From an uncultured Bacteroidota bacterium (GTDB taxonomy: Bacteria > Bacteroidota > Bacteroidia > Bacteroidales > JAAUTT01), in assembly GCA_963766305.1 (NCBI GenBank), contig CAVYAE010000071.1, positions 19,054 through 83,053 on the forward strand: a stretch of DNA of 64,000 bases, read 5' to 3'. The notes beneath the pieces were generated by a model that worked only from the letters and a program-made list of their open reading frames with translations, was not told where the DNA came from and searched no databases. The translations under genes were made by a program, and so were the position numbers. Below, in pieces: positions 48,035 to 59,964 of the stretch (its first letter is position 1; every line of letters starts with the position of its first letter).

Positions 48035-50854
48035 ATGAAGAAAATTTACCGGGTATTTATTGCAATTGTTGTAATAATATTGTGCGTACAAGTATTTATT
48101 TTTCAGGAAGAAAAAAATGAACAAATCAATAATTACAGAAACAGGATTCTCATTCAGGGTAAGAATTGCGTTTCAGTTCTTGGAAAAACAGATAAAGAAT
48201 TTGAAGGTAAAATCAGAAAAATTATTTTATCGGGTTGTATAACTAAAATTATTGGAAGTCAGGGTAAAGACAACGAACCTATAGAGAATTTAAAATTATT
48301 ATTTGCATCTTATCCAAACCTTATATCCGGTATTTCTATTTATGATACTGTAGATCATTCTTTTAGCCTTGATAAAGACAAGGAAATTTTTATGCATAAT
48401 TTTTATACCACACATAGTCAGCATCAATTAATTAAAAAAGAGACATTAATAACCGATGAAGATCAGACGTATATAAACTATCCTGTATTTGAAGATAATA
48501 AGTTAATCGCAAACCTTATTATTACAATAAACCCATTTAATTATCTTGACTTATTATTAAAAGACTACCAGGAAAATCCTTTATATTTTCAGGAGGTATG
48601 TGACACATCAGGAAAATTGATATACTCAAATTCAAGCCGTCAGATAAAAGATTCCGTTTTATTTACTAAAAATTTATTGCAAACAACTGGTTTTTTTAAG
48701 AGCTCATGTACAACAAGTAGTGGTAAAATAACTTTAAATACTGCACTTTATAAATTACATTTTGCCAATATTCAATTTATTCTGGCCTTTTCTTTAGATA
48801 TTGATCAGTTAATTGCACCCATCCTTGTCCGTAATTTCATTAGTTTTATAATCTTCCTGGTATTGATAGGCTTTCTGTTATACTATGTATCTGTTAAATT
48901 AAAGGAAAAAGACAAGGAAATTAAAAAAGGGTTTGAAGCAGAAGCAAGTATGATGAAGATTTTCAACTCTATTCCAATAGGAGTTATGATTCTGAATCAG
49001 GATAAAACTATAATTCATATTAATAATACCGCATCTGAATTACTGTTTGGTAAAAATTCTGAAGGTGCAGTTGGAAGAAATGTATCGGAGATGATAATTC
49101 AATCAAATTTCTGGAATAAGGTTAAGCCCGATACTGCATATGATACCAGTCATTTCTATGCCTTTGAAAAAGAAGGATCAGAAATAACCATATATAAAAA
49201 GGACATTCCATTCAATTTAAGTGAGGAACAATTGATTATTGAAGCTTTTATAGATGTAACGCCTATTGAAAAAGCCCGTAAACTGGAAGCTGCCGCCAAT
49301 CTTGCCAAGAGTGATTTCCTTGCGAAGATGAGTCATGAAATAAGAACTCCGATGAATGGAATTGTCGGCATGGCAGATGCACTGCTAAGACAAACTCTGA
49401 CACCGGAGCAAAAAGAGTTCGCTGAGATAATTAAAAAATCATCAGATCTGTTATTGACAATCATTAACGACATCCTAGATTTTTCAAAAGTTGAGGCAGG
49501 GAAAATGATGCTTGAAGAAATTCCATTTAAAATTTCCGATGAAATTAATCTTGTGCGCGAACTGTTTAAACCCATGGCTGAGCACAAGCGCCTGAAGATA
49601 GTAACAGAAATAGCTCCGGATGTACCAAATAATATTATTGGCGATCCTTTCAGACTGCGTCAGGTAACAACAAACCTGATGAGCAATGCCATTAAATTTA
49701 CACAGGAAGGAGAAATACATATCCGTATTGAACTTCTTGAATCGTATTCAGGTCATCTCACCCTGCAGTTTACAATAGAAGATACCGGTATAGGTATTCC
49801 AAAGGATAAAATAGATACCATATTTTCTTCATATATTCAGGTTGAAGGATCGACTACACGTAAATATGGAGGTACGGGTCTGGGTACAACTATAAGTAAA
49901 CAACTGGTGGAACTGATGGGCGGGGAAATTTGGGCGGAAAGTCCTTCTTCCATCTCTGAAAATCCTGCTTTTCCAGGGTCTAAATTTACCTTTACCATTG
50001 AAGTGTATTCTAACGAAATGCTTCCAAAAAACATTAATTTAAGTAATATTACCGAATATTCTCAGATAAATGCTTTAATTATAACACCTTCTGCAAAAGA
50101 CAATGAACCCATATACACCTATTTTGATAATTTCGGAATAAGGTTTGAAAAATATGAACTGCATGAAAATGGAAATCACGAATTATTTGCCAAGTTAAAA
50201 ATTGACGGGAAAAATTTCCAATTGTTAATTATTGTTGACAGTTTAAATTTCGACGGATTCAGAATTGCAAAATTATTACACGACAAAGGACTTTTAAATC
50301 ATTTTATATGCATCCTCATCAGCAGTAATGATATAATTGGTAATTATATCAGGGCCCGCAGGCTTGATGTCGATTACTACCTTATTAAGCCGTATGAATC
50401 ATCTGAGATCTTCGATCTTATTCAAAACAATTTTAAATCTATAGAGCCTGATGCAGGAATACCTGCCAAGCTTAATAAAATAAGGAAATCAATTAATATA
50501 TTGGTTGCAGAAGATAATATGATAAACCAAAAGGTAGCAAAAACCATATTTAAAAATCTGGGATATGAAATTGCACTGGTTGCTAATGGTAATGAAGCTG
50601 TTAAGGAGGCGATGTCGAGAAACTACGATATTGTATTTATGGATATTATGATGCCTGAAAAAGATGGGGTACAGGCTACCAAAGAACTGAGGATAAAGGG
50701 ATTTAAATCGCCTATCATAGCTATGACTGCCAATGCCACCAAAGAAGGTAAAAATAAAGCCATATCCTTTGGGATGGATGGCTATATTACCAAACCAACA
50801 AAAATGGAAGCAATTAAAAAGATTTTGATAAAGTACTTCTCCGAACCTCTTTAA
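48035..50854 (+). CDS. hybrid sensor histidine kinase/response regulator
   Basis: H-box [10 protein letters not shown], HATPase GGTGLGT, C-terminal receiver DIMMPEKDG. Confidence 0.85.
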   Translation: MKKIYRVFIAIVVIILCVQVFIFQEEKNEQINNYRNRILIQGKNCVSVLGKTDKEFEGKIRKIILSGCITKIIGSQGKDNEPIENLKLLFASYPNLISGISIYDTVDHSFSLDKDKEIFMHNFYTTHSQHQLIKKETLITDEDQTYINYPVFEDNKLIANLIITINPFNYLDLLLKDYQENPLYFQEVCDTSGKLIYSNSSRQIKDSVLFTKNLLQTTGFFKSSCTTSSGKITLNTALYKLHFANIQFILAFSLDIDQLIAPILVRNFISFIIFLVLIGFLLYYVSVKLKEKDKEIKKGFEAEASMMKIFNSIPIGVMILNQDKTIIHINNTASELLFGKNSEGAVGRNVSEMIIQSNFWNKVKPDTAYDTSHFYAFEKEGSEITIYKKDIPFNLSEEQLIIEAFIDVTPIEKARKLEAAANLAKSDFLAKMSHEIRTPMNGIVGMADALLRQTLTPEQKEFAEIIKKSSDLLLTIINDILDFSKVEAGKMMLEEIPFKISDEINLVRELFKPMAEHKRLKIVTEIAPDVPNNIIGDPFRLRQVTTNLMSNAIKFTQEGEIHIRIELLESYSGHLTLQFTIEDTGIGIPKDKIDTIFSSYIQVEGSTTRKYGGTGLGTTISKQLVELMGGEIWAESPSSISENPAFPGSKFTFTIEVYSNEMLPKNINLSNITEYSQINALIITPSAKDNEPIYTYFDNFGIRFEKYELHENGNHELFAKLKIDGKNFQLLIIVDSLNFDGFRIAKLLHDKGLLNHFICILISSNDIIGNYIRARRLDVDYYLIKPYESSEIFDLIQNNFKSIEPDAGIPAKLNKIRKSINILVAEDNMINQKVAKTIFKNLGYEIALVANGNEAVKEAMSRNYDIVFMDIMMPEKDGVQATKELRIKGFKSPIIAMTANATKEGKNKAISFGMDGYITKPTKMEAIKKILIKYFSEPL

Positions 50855-50907
50855 ACTGATCACCATTATAAAAATCTAATACTGATAATCAAAACATAGT
50901 AATTAAT

Positions 50908-52152
50908 TTATTTACTATCTATGACCTTATAAAGTTTATCGGAACGGCGGATCTGGTTTTCGAGTTTTATAGAAAATCTGTCGCCTTTTTCAGCTTTGGT
51001 AACCGGCAATAAATTAACCCTTATTTCCTTTAACTCACTTTCAACCATACCAGTGGTAGGTCCAGTAATAATTATCTTATCCCCCTCATTAACCGAACCA
51101 GCCTCCACTAAAAACTCTGCAACTTTTAAATCGCTGAAATAGTTCATCCCTTTTCCAATATATACTTTGGTTTTAGTTGCTTTGGAACCATATGAACCGC
51201 TCCATTCACCCAGGGTTTTGCCCAGATAATATCCATCCCAGAATCCTCTGTTGAATACAGTAGATAACGATTCTTCCCACCTGGTAATTTTATCCCTGTT
51301 ATAGGTATGGTCATAAATTGAATCTACTGCCTGCTTATAGGCTTCAACCACCGTTTTGACATAATCAGGCGGACGTGCCCGCCCTTCAATTTTCAAAACA
51401 CCGACGCCGGCATTTAATATCTGATCCAAAAAGCCAATGGTACATAAATCCTTTGGCGACATGATATAATGATTGTCTATTTCATACTCCATGTTTGTTT
51501 CCTTATCTGTTACAATATAGGATCGTCTGCACATCTGAAGACAGCTGCCGCAGTTTGCCGATTTATTATAACTGTGCAGGCTAAGGTAACATTTGCCTGC
51601 TATAGCCATGCACAAGGCACCGTGTACAAATAATTCCAGCCTGACAAAATCTCCGGACGGACCTCGAATGTTGGATGCATGAATTGCTTCAGAAATTTCC
51701 TGTATCTGTTCCAGGGTCAGTTCCCTGGCAAGTACCATAACATCAGCATACCTGGAGAAAAACTTTACTGCTTCAGTATTTGAAACATTAAGCTGGGTTG
51801 AGATATGGACTTCTACACCAACAGAATTAGCATATTCAATTACTGCAATATCTGAGGCTATTATGGCATTTACATTATTAATCTTTGCAGTATTTACCAA
51901 ATTCCTCATTAACACCAGGTCGTCATCGTAAATAACAGTATTGACTGTCATATATGTTTTCACATTGTACGAGGAGCAAAGACCAACTATTTTGGGCAAA
52001 TCGTCAAGGGTAAAATTAACTGTCGATTTTGAGCGCATATTAAGTTTGCCGATACCAAAATAAATGGCGTTTGCACCCGATTTCAATGCAACCACGAGCG
52101 ATTCCCATGAACCTGCCGGTGCCAGTATTTCTATTTTGTCTTTTTCAATCAT
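50908..52152 (-). CDS. peptidase U32 family protein
   Basis: EILAPAGSWESL..GANAIYFG and E..VHGALC motifs. Confidence 0.8.
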   Translation of the reverse strand: MIEKDKIEILAPAGSWESLVVALKSGANAIYFGIGKLNMRSKSTVNFTLDDLPKIVGLCSSYNVKTYMTVNTVIYDDDLVLMRNLVNTAKINNVNAIIASDIAVIEYANSVGVEVHISTQLNVSNTEAVKFFSRYADVMVLARELTLEQIQEISEAIHASNIRGPSGDFVRLELFVHGALCMAIAGKCYLSLHSYNKSANCGSCLQMCRRSYIVTDKETNMEYEIDNHYIMSPKDLCTIGFLDQILNAGVGVLKIEGRARPPDYVKTVVEAYKQAVDSIYDHTYNRDKITRWEESLSTVFNRGFWDGYYLGKTLGEWSGSYGSKATKTKVYIGKGMNYFSDLKVAEFLVEAGSVNEGDKIIITGPTTGMVESELKEIRVNLLPVTKAEKGDRFSIKLENQIRRSDKLYKVIDSK

Positions 52153-52166
52153 TGGTCATTGTTTTT

Positions 52167-53318
52167 CTACCTTTTCGTGGCTGACAATATAATCCGGAAA
52201 GTAGTGCCTGCATTTGGTTCAGATTGTAATACAAAAATACTGCCATGATGGAAATTCTCAATAATTCTTTTTGATAAAGACAATCCCAGACCCCAGCCTC
52301 TGGACTTGGTTGTAAAACCAGGCTTAAACACCCTCTTTATGTTACTCTTTGCTATACCTATTCCATTATCAATTATATCAATATAAACCTTCTTGTTATT
52401 TTCATGCACCTTAATCTTTATAATCCCTTCATTTTTAACTGCATCGAGACTGTTTTTTAAAAGGTTCTCAATCACCCAGGTGAATAGCTGAGGATTTATC
52501 CATATATAGACAGGAGTAGTAACTGATAAGCTAAAATCAACTGTTACCGGAGTTCTGTTTTTCATATATAAAATAACTTCTTCCAGTATATTTTTTAAAT
52601 CCACAATTTCAAATTTAGGCTTTGATCCCATTTTTGAAAACCGCTCTGTGATAATACTTAACCGGTTAACGTCTTTTTCCAGTTCATCGATAATATCCTT
52701 CACTTCTATCTTGTCTTTTAATAGTTCAACCCAGGCCATTAATGAAGAGGTGGGTGTACCCAGCTGATGTGCAGTTTCTCTTGACAGGCCAAGCCATACA
52801 TGGTTCTGCTCTGCTTTTCTTGAAGCATTGAAAGCCATGTAAGACAGTATTATGAAAACACCAACAACTATAAATTGTATAAAGGGGTAATATGTAAGCT
52901 GTTTTATTAATATAGAATCGTCGTAGTAGATGTAATTATGCTGGCCATGTTCCAAATTAATAATTATAGGAGCATGTTTCCTTTTCATTTTATCCAGCTC
53001 CTTCAAAAGGAATTCCTTTTTTAAGGAGCTGATGCTGTCAAGGTTCCTGGAAGCGATAATCTGATTATTATTATCACATAAAATTGCAGGGACAGTATTA
53101 TTGTTCTCTATCACCTTAAACATAAAATTTAAATCCGTATTGGGTGAGGTAAGTGACAAAAGTTGTGTTGCTTCGGCCCACAGCTCTACTTTTTTACGTT
53201 CTTCGACTGAAAGCTTGGTTACAAGATGATGAGTATATAAAACAGACCCAAGCCCTATCAAAGTAGCAGCTACAAGCAGAAACAATTTCCAGTGCTGTTT
53301 TACGATGTATATCTCCAC
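52167..53318 (-). CDS. sensor histidine kinase
   Basis: Two TM helices, H-box-like AHQLGTPTSS, HATPase DNGIGI / GWGLGLSL. Confidence 0.75.
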   Translation of the reverse strand: MEIYIVKQHWKLFLLVAATLIGLGSVLYTHHLVTKLSVEERKKVELWAEATQLLSLTSPNTDLNFMFKVIENNNTVPAILCDNNNQIIASRNLDSISSLKKEFLLKELDKMKRKHAPIIINLEHGQHNYIYYDDSILIKQLTYYPFIQFIVVGVFIILSYMAFNASRKAEQNHVWLGLSRETAHQLGTPTSSLMAWVELLKDKIEVKDIIDELEKDVNRLSIITERFSKMGSKPKFEIVDLKNILEEVILYMKNRTPVTVDFSLSVTTPVYIWINPQLFTWVIENLLKNSLDAVKNEGIIKIKVHENNKKVYIDIIDNGIGIAKSNIKRVFKPGFTTKSRGWGLGLSLSKRIIENFHHGSIFVLQSEPNAGTTFRIILSATKR

Positions 53319-53407
53319 CTGTTATGATTGTTTATTTGTTTAATCATTTATTTATAAATAGTCATCAGTAATTATTCATTATCCAATCACATATTCACAT
53401 TTTCAAA

Positions 53408-56080
53408 TTATTTATCATCATTCCATTCCACTTTCACATCATCATCCTTCTTAGTTTTTTTCTTTTTAACTGCAGGTTTAGGGATGTTATCCACAGCGGT
53501 GGTATCATCATCCCAGCTCACCCTGATCTGCTGTTTCTTGGCGAGCTTTTCCCTTTTAACGGTGGTGTCATTTTTATACCATCCAAATTCGTTATTCAGC
53601 GCCTCCTTCATTTCTGTGCGCTGGTTAACAAGTGTCGTTTTAAACATGTCAAAGGCTTCCTTTGAATCGTAGGAAATCTTAAAATCGGTGTTGAACCCTT
53701 TTATTGACAAAGGAATGGTTGTCTTCCCCAAACCGTCGTCCTCAACAATACCAAATTCTTCATTTTCCTTTTTATGCCTTTTGGCTTTTCCCCATAAAAT
53801 ATCGGACAACAATATTTTCACCTTGTAGTTATAATGATTGTCAAAACTGTGTATACCTGAAGCTTTTATATTAAAAGCAGAGGAATAAATATCCATTTGG
53901 GGAATGTTAACCTTATTATCCTTTACTGTAATTCTGTTTTTCAAGGTTTTGAAGGAAATAGTTTTTAGTTCATCCATAGATATAAACTTTGACAAAGCTT
54001 TTGCGTAACTGAAATCGATTAACTGCCCGTTGGAAATATTTATGTCACCATCAACAAATAACTTGTCATTATCTAACAGCAGATTATTATTCCATTGAAT
54101 GGATAAATTTATATTTCCACTCAATTTACCACTTAAGTTATTGTAAGTAATAATATTCTGGGTAAAATTATTAAATTCATTAAACATAAGGTTTATATCA
54201 ATATCTGATAATTCAAGCTGACATTTAGTTATAAAATTTTTATCTATATCCTGCACAATTAAACCATTTCCGGAAATGTCGCCATACATTGATTCAAATG
54301 ATACTGACTTTATTGTAAATATGGTTGGCTTATAATTTATGTTACATGAAATCCATTTAGCATTAAATTTGAGCAACTTAAAATTATTTATGGAAAGTTT
54401 TACATCAAGTGATATATTTTCAGGAAACAGTAATTGCCTTGAATAGGCGGCTTTAGCAGGCCTGACATCTGTATTACTTATAAAATAGTTGGACAGGTCA
54501 AGGTTGACCGAATATATGTCAGCTTTAAGCACAGCATTATTATCGGCACCAAATATGTATGATATACCGTTAATTAATGTGCCGTTAATTTTAAAATCAT
54601 TATCGTGCAATTTCAGAACCAGATTTTTTAATTCAATATCGCGTTGTAAATTTATTACTCCGTTTACATTTGATATATCATATTCAGTATTTTTTATTTT
54701 AACAGAGCCGTCGGTAATATTTATGCTCCCTGAATAATTTAATACTGATAAATCAGATAATTTTACAGTTTTAAATGATGGAAGGTGTCCATTGATAATA
54801 ATATTGCTCTCCGCCCACCCTTTTAAGGTTTCTATATTTTCAATATTTAAAAATGTTTTTATATCATTCAAATTTAATTTATTATATAAGGTTATGTTAA
54901 TTATAGGTTCATCAATATTCCTTATAACCACATTCCCCCGCAGTATTCCCTTTCCCAGCTTTCCTGAAAATGAGTTCAGAGTGAGAATGTCATCATTAAA
55001 GTGGTTTTTTATATAACCGCCCTGCAGATTTATATCAGATAGTTTTATATTTGTCTTTCTCTGAATTAAAGCAGCATTAGTAACCTTAAATTTCAAATTA
55101 ATATCTGGGGTTTTTTCCCGACTGAAAGATCCTTTTATTGTTCCCTTTACAGAAATTATACCTTTTGAATAATAATTAAAATTATCAGTAAATTTCCCTG
55201 GTAATAAACCTATTAAATCCGGGACATTTATTTTGTTACTTTCAAACTCCAAATTTATTTTAGGGCTTGTTCCGGAATTATAAATACCATATGTTGAAAA
55301 ATTAACTCCTTGTAAATTAACTTTTGATAAGCTGAATTGATAAGTATCCTTTAATATATTGACAGTAGAAGTAATTTCGATTGTTTTATCTGTGATATAC
55401 GATACCGTGCCAACAGTTAAATTTATAATTTTCATACCTCCATCCAGTTTAATAAGTGTGCTGTCATGGCAAATGTCAGCTGCCACCATTAGTTTACCCG
55501 TTAAACCGGCACACTGGAAGTCACTTTGGCTGTCGGAATAATAAAATCCTATGTTTGAAAATAAAATATTATCAAAGTTCAGATTAGTCCCGGCGCTTTG
55601 CTGAGGATTGGTTTGTTTTTTAAAAATATTGAAATTGTTAATCCCCGATTTATAGACCTTAAGTCTTATAAACCCGTTATAAACCTTTAGAAGTTTTATT
55701 TCATAATCTCCGGTTAAAAGCTTTATGGGATTGAACAGAAAATACACCTTTTCTGCTTTTAAAAGGGTATCTTTACCCAAATTTAAATTTGAAGCTGATT
55801 CACCTGATTTTGATTCCTTAATTACCACATTATCCAATTCAACTGAAAAGTTTGGAAAAGTTGTAAAAAATGTAAACCCGATGTTCCTTACATTGACAGG
55901 TACATTTACCTGTTTGTTCAATTCATCTACGCTAAATTTTATAATCTTATCCTTATAAATATATTCAATGACAAGGGCAGTCAATAAAACTAAAAGAAAA
56001 ACTGTTCCGGCAATTATTAACAGGTATTTTAATATTGACTTTATTTTAATTTTAATCTTTTGTTTAAGTATATTATTCAT
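53408..56080 (-). CDS. AsmA-family outer-membrane biogenesis protein
   Basis: 890 aa, N-terminal anchor helix, long repetitive beta-rich body, Lys/Asp-rich tail. Confidence 0.6.
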   Translation of the reverse strand: MNNILKQKIKIKIKSILKYLLIIAGTVFLLVLLTALVIEYIYKDKIIKFSVDELNKQVNVPVNVRNIGFTFFTTFPNFSVELDNVVIKESKSGESASNLNLGKDTLLKAEKVYFLFNPIKLLTGDYEIKLLKVYNGFIRLKVYKSGINNFNIFKKQTNPQQSAGTNLNFDNILFSNIGFYYSDSQSDFQCAGLTGKLMVAADICHDSTLIKLDGGMKIINLTVGTVSYITDKTIEITSTVNILKDTYQFSLSKVNLQGVNFSTYGIYNSGTSPKINLEFESNKINVPDLIGLLPGKFTDNFNYYSKGIISVKGTIKGSFSREKTPDINLKFKVTNAALIQRKTNIKLSDINLQGGYIKNHFNDDILTLNSFSGKLGKGILRGNVVIRNIDEPIINITLYNKLNLNDIKTFLNIENIETLKGWAESNIIINGHLPSFKTVKLSDLSVLNYSGSINITDGSVKIKNTEYDISNVNGVINLQRDIELKNLVLKLHDNDFKINGTLINGISYIFGADNNAVLKADIYSVNLDLSNYFISNTDVRPAKAAYSRQLLFPENISLDVKLSINNFKLLKFNAKWISCNINYKPTIFTIKSVSFESMYGDISGNGLIVQDIDKNFITKCQLELSDIDINLMFNEFNNFTQNIITYNNLSGKLSGNINLSIQWNNNLLLDNDKLFVDGDINISNGQLIDFSYAKALSKFISMDELKTISFKTLKNRITVKDNKVNIPQMDIYSSAFNIKASGIHSFDNHYNYKVKILLSDILWGKAKRHKKENEEFGIVEDDGLGKTTIPLSIKGFNTDFKISYDSKEAFDMFKTTLVNQRTEMKEALNNEFGWYKNDTTVKREKLAKKQQIRVSWDDDTTAVDNIPKPAVKKKKTKKDDDVKVEWNDDK

Positions 56081-56278
56081 TTAAATAATAAATCATTTAT
56101 AACAATCCTCAAATTAAGCTAAGTATATTGTTTATAAAGTTTAGGATTTCTTAATAAATAAACTGATTTTCCTTTTGAGGTTAATACTTTACTTCGTTTA
56201 TTAGCAGTCAAATAATTAAGACAGCATAAAAAGTTAAATCCTTATGGATAAATAATTCTACATAAATATTATTTTAGG

Positions 56279-58084
56279 ATGAACGAAGATACCCCAAATA
56301 AAAATAACCCCAAAGCAACTATAGATTTTAATTTATCCTCTAAAAAACTGGCTGACGATTTTAATTTAACAGATATTTTTGATACAGAACAGCTTCAAAT
56401 AATTCAGGATGCTTTTGCCTTATCGCATAACATTTCATCTGTTATAACAGATATTGAAGGAAAGCCGGTAACCATACCAAGTAATTTTACTCCTATATGT
56501 AATATAATTAGGAATACAAAAACTGGAGGTGCCTTGTGCCAGTTATCAGATAAAAATATTGGCAATAAAGTCCGTGAAACCTTAAAACCTTATTCGGCAA
56601 AATGTTTAAGTTGTGGTTTTATTGAGACAGGTGCCCCTATTATCGTTGCCGGTAAACATATTGCAAACTGGATGGTTGGCCTGGGTTTAAACAAAAGTAT
56701 TGAAGAAAAACATATCCTGGAAACTGCATTAAAATATGGAATAGATAAATCAGAATTTATTGAAGCTTACAGGAACACTCATTTTGTTAAATTAGACCAT
56801 TTTAATAAAATAATTAACTTTTTGTGGATAATGGCCAGGGATATTTCTTCCCTTGGCTATAATAATATCTTGCTTGCCAGGGATGTTGAAGAACGTAAAA
56901 GAGCAGAAGAAGAATTAATTCGTGCTAAAAATAAAGCTGAGGAATCGGATCGTCTTAAAACAGCTTTTTTAGCAAACATTTCTCACGAAATACGCACTCC
57001 CATGAACGGTATTCTGGGTTTGGCAAATTTATTAAACGAAGAGGATTTGTCTTATGATCAGCGTAAAGAATACATTGAACTTATAAATGAAAATGCCAAT
57101 ATTTTATTAAAATTATTTGATGATATTCTTGATATTGCTAAAATAGAAGCTAATCAGCTGTCTATAGATGAAAAACCCTGTTACCTTGACGGTGTTTTAC
57201 AGGAGGAGCACGATCATTTTAAAAATAAAATTGATCATCTGAAATCAAAAAATATTCAGCTGATTTTGACTCTTCCGGAAAATAAACTGGATACTTTAAT
57301 TTATGTAGATATTACACGTTTACGGCAGATCATCAATATCTTACTGGTTAACGCCATTAAATTCACTCAAAAAGGGTACATAGAATTTGGATATACCACT
57401 GAATTTCCCTCCAGTCTGAAGTTTTTTGTAAAAGATACAGGTATAGGCTTGTCTCAGGAAAATAAGTTTATAATTTTCGACCGCTTCCGCCAGGCTGATG
57501 AAAGTACATCCAAACAATATGGCGGCACAGGACTGGGTCTGGCAATAACCAGGAACCTTATAAAACTTATGAAGGGAGATATTTGGGTGGAATCAGAACC
57601 GGGACAGGGTTCATCTTTTTATTTTACCTTGCCTTATAAACCTTATAATGACTACGAGTTAACCCAGTTAACTGTCAATAAAGGAATTGAATTGCCCGAT
57701 ATTTTTACTGATAAACAAATTTTAATTGCTGAAAAGGAACAATTAAATTTTAACTTGTTGTACGAATCTTTTAAAACTACAAAAGCAAAAATTATTCATG
57801 CAAAAAATGGTAAGGAAGCAATTGAAATTTGTCTGAAAAATAAATTTATAAATTTAATCCTTCTGGATATTAAAATGCCGGACATGGATGGTTTTAAAGT
57901 TATAAATGTAATCAAAGCCATGTATCCCTTTCTTCCTGTAATTGCCCTTACAAACTTCCCTTCACAGGATGAAAAATTACGTTGTTTCCAGGCAGGTTGT
58001 AATGATTATGTTACAAAACCCATAAATAAAACATTATTAAACATAGCACGTTCATTTTTAAGTAAAATTGAAGTAAGGGAATAG
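56279..58084 (+). CDS. PocR-domain hybrid sensor histidine kinase/response regulator
   Basis: N-terminal PocR-like Cys-containing region (..[19 protein letters not shown]), H-box [19 protein letters not shown], receiver [11 protein letters not shown]. Confidence 0.8.
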   Translation: MNEDTPNKNNPKATIDFNLSSKKLADDFNLTDIFDTEQLQIIQDAFALSHNISSVITDIEGKPVTIPSNFTPICNIIRNTKTGGALCQLSDKNIGNKVRETLKPYSAKCLSCGFIETGAPIIVAGKHIANWMVGLGLNKSIEEKHILETALKYGIDKSEFIEAYRNTHFVKLDHFNKIINFLWIMARDISSLGYNNILLARDVEERKRAEEELIRAKNKAEESDRLKTAFLANISHEIRTPMNGILGLANLLNEEDLSYDQRKEYIELINENANILLKLFDDILDIAKIEANQLSIDEKPCYLDGVLQEEHDHFKNKIDHLKSKNIQLILTLPENKLDTLIYVDITRLRQIINILLVNAIKFTQKGYIEFGYTTEFPSSLKFFVKDTGIGLSQENKFIIFDRFRQADESTSKQYGGTGLGLAITRNLIKLMKGDIWVESEPGQGSSFYFTLPYKPYNDYELTQLTVNKGIELPDIFTDKQILIAEKEQLNFNLLYESFKTTKAKIIHAKNGKEAIEICLKNKFINLILLDIKMPDMDGFKVINVIKAMYPFLPVIALTNFPSQDEKLRCFQAGCNDYVTKPINKTLLNIARSFLSKIEVRE

Positions 58085-58145
58085 AATAATTATTTCTTTT
58101 ATACTATCTTTGCTTTATTGAAGTTAATTTTATATCGCCAACTTA

Positions 58146-58562
58146 TTGAATTTCATTGTTGTGGAAAATGCTACACCAGATTATTTGTGGCAAGGTAAAG
58201 TAATTCTGGTAGGTGAAGATGAATTAATAAATTTTCGGCTGCTCGAAGTAATGTTATCCAAGACAAAGGTAACTCTTATACATGCCAATACAGGTACAGA
58301 AACATTAAGTAAATTTCTAAGTATTACAAAAGTAGATTTGATCCTTCTGGATATTAAAATGCCTGGAATGGATGGTTTTGAAGTAACTGCCGAAATTAGA
58401 AAAATAAACCGGCAGGTACCCATTATTATACAAACTGCCTTTGCATTTGAAGAGGAACATCTTAAATCGCTCCAGGCAGGATGTAATGCTTTTCTCACCA
58501 AACCAATAAAACAAAAGGACTTATTAAACGTAATAGATCCGTTTTTGAAAATTGAGGTATAG
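58146..58562 (+). CDS. single-domain response regulator (receiver only)
   Basis: ILVGEDE, LLDIKMPGMDG, TKPI; start codon uncertain (TTG in the track). Confidence 0.7.
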   Translation: MNFIVVENATPDYLWQGKVILVGEDELINFRLLEVMLSKTKVTLIHANTGTETLSKFLSITKVDLILLDIKMPGMDGFEVTAEIRKINRQVPIIIQTAFAFEEEHLKSLQAGCNAFLTKPIKQKDLLNVIDPFLKIEV

Positions 58563-58606
58563 TGAGGAGTTGCTTTTAAATCAAAAATATAAAATTCCCG
58601 GGTTGC

Positions 58607-59926
58607 ATGAGCTATAAAAGCTGTATTTTATACTTATTATTAGCCTCCTGTAATTGTTTTGCCCAGCAGACAAACTTTAAATTTTCGGAATTCGGTCTGA
58701 CAAATGGCCTTCACGTTATTCTTCATCAGGATAATTCCTTACCTGTAATTTCAGTTCGTGTTATATATCATGTAGGTTCAAAAGATGAAACTTCCGGTCA
58801 TAATGGATTTGCTCATTTTTTTGAACATCTTATGTTCGAAGGAACAGATAATATTAAACGGGGAGAATATATTAAAATAGTACATGATGCCGGCGGCAAT
58901 GCCAATGGGTCTGCCACATTTGACATTACTGAATTTCACGAAAACCTGTCCTCCAATCAGCTGGAGCTTGCACTATGGCTGGAATCAGAACGTATGCTGC
59001 ATCTTAAAACAGATAGTACGGGAATTGAAACCCAAAGACAGATTATAAAAGAAGAGAACCGGGAAAGTTTTGAAAACACTCCTTATGGCCGGTGTTTAAA
59101 TGAAATAATGAAAAACGCCTTCAGGGACAGCTCTTACAAATGGACACCTGCAGGAGAAGATCAATATGTTAATGTAGCTGGTTATTCGGAGTTTACTGAT
59201 TTTTATAAAAAATACTATGTGCCGGATAATGCCGTGTTGGTTATAACGGGGGATATTCAACCCGAAAAGGCAGAGAGGCTGGTTAAAAAATATTTTGAAG
59301 ATATTCCGAAAGGAAAAATCAATATCTCCGGTTCATTTTCAAAAACTCCTGAAAATGAGGGTGAAATAAGAAAAACAGTTTACGATAATGTTCAGCTGCC
59401 GGCTATTTTTTATGCTTATCATACTGCACCTGCAGGAACAAAGGATGCCTGCGCCATGGAGCTGATTCAAAAATGGCTCACTGAGGGCGAAAATTCATTG
59501 GTTTTTAAATCACTTGTGGAAGAACAACAGCTGGCCATGCAGGTGGGTGCCATACCTTTAAACCTTGAAAAATCAGGTTTGTTCATAATCTATTCTATCT
59601 CAAATATAGGTGTTAAAGCAGAAGATCTTGACAATGCTATGAATAGTAAAATAGAAGAAGCTAAAACAAAAGGAATAACTGATCATGATTTTCAAAAAAT
59701 AAAAAATAAAACCGAATATGACTTTTATACCAGAAACTCAACGATGGAAGGTATTGCATCATCCCTGGCAGAATATTATATATACTTTAAAAATACTGAA
59801 CTCATTAATAAGGAAATGGACCTCTTTAATTCAATTACACCTGAAGATTTACTTAAGGCAGCCAGGAAATATCTTACACCTGAAAACAGGCTGGTGCTAT
59901 ATTACTTACCCGAAACATTGAAGTGA
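58607..59926 (+). CDS. M16-family zinc peptidase (catalytic subunit type)
   Basis: HxxEH zinc motif in GFAHFFEHLMFEGT. Confidence 0.85.
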   Translation: MSYKSCILYLLLASCNCFAQQTNFKFSEFGLTNGLHVILHQDNSLPVISVRVIYHVGSKDETSGHNGFAHFFEHLMFEGTDNIKRGEYIKIVHDAGGNANGSATFDITEFHENLSSNQLELALWLESERMLHLKTDSTGIETQRQIIKEENRESFENTPYGRCLNEIMKNAFRDSSYKWTPAGEDQYVNVAGYSEFTDFYKKYYVPDNAVLVITGDIQPEKAERLVKKYFEDIPKGKINISGSFSKTPENEGEIRKTVYDNVQLPAIFYAYHTAPAGTKDACAMELIQKWLTEGENSLVFKSLVEEQQLAMQVGAIPLNLEKSGLFIIYSISNIGVKAEDLDNAMNSKIEEAKTKGITDHDFQKIKNKTEYDFYTRNSTMEGIASSLAEYYIYFKNTELINKEMDLFNSITPEDLLKAARKYLTPENRLVLYYLPETLK

Positions 59927-59964
59927 ATCCAAAATCCGGAATCTTAAATTAAAATTTTTTTAGT

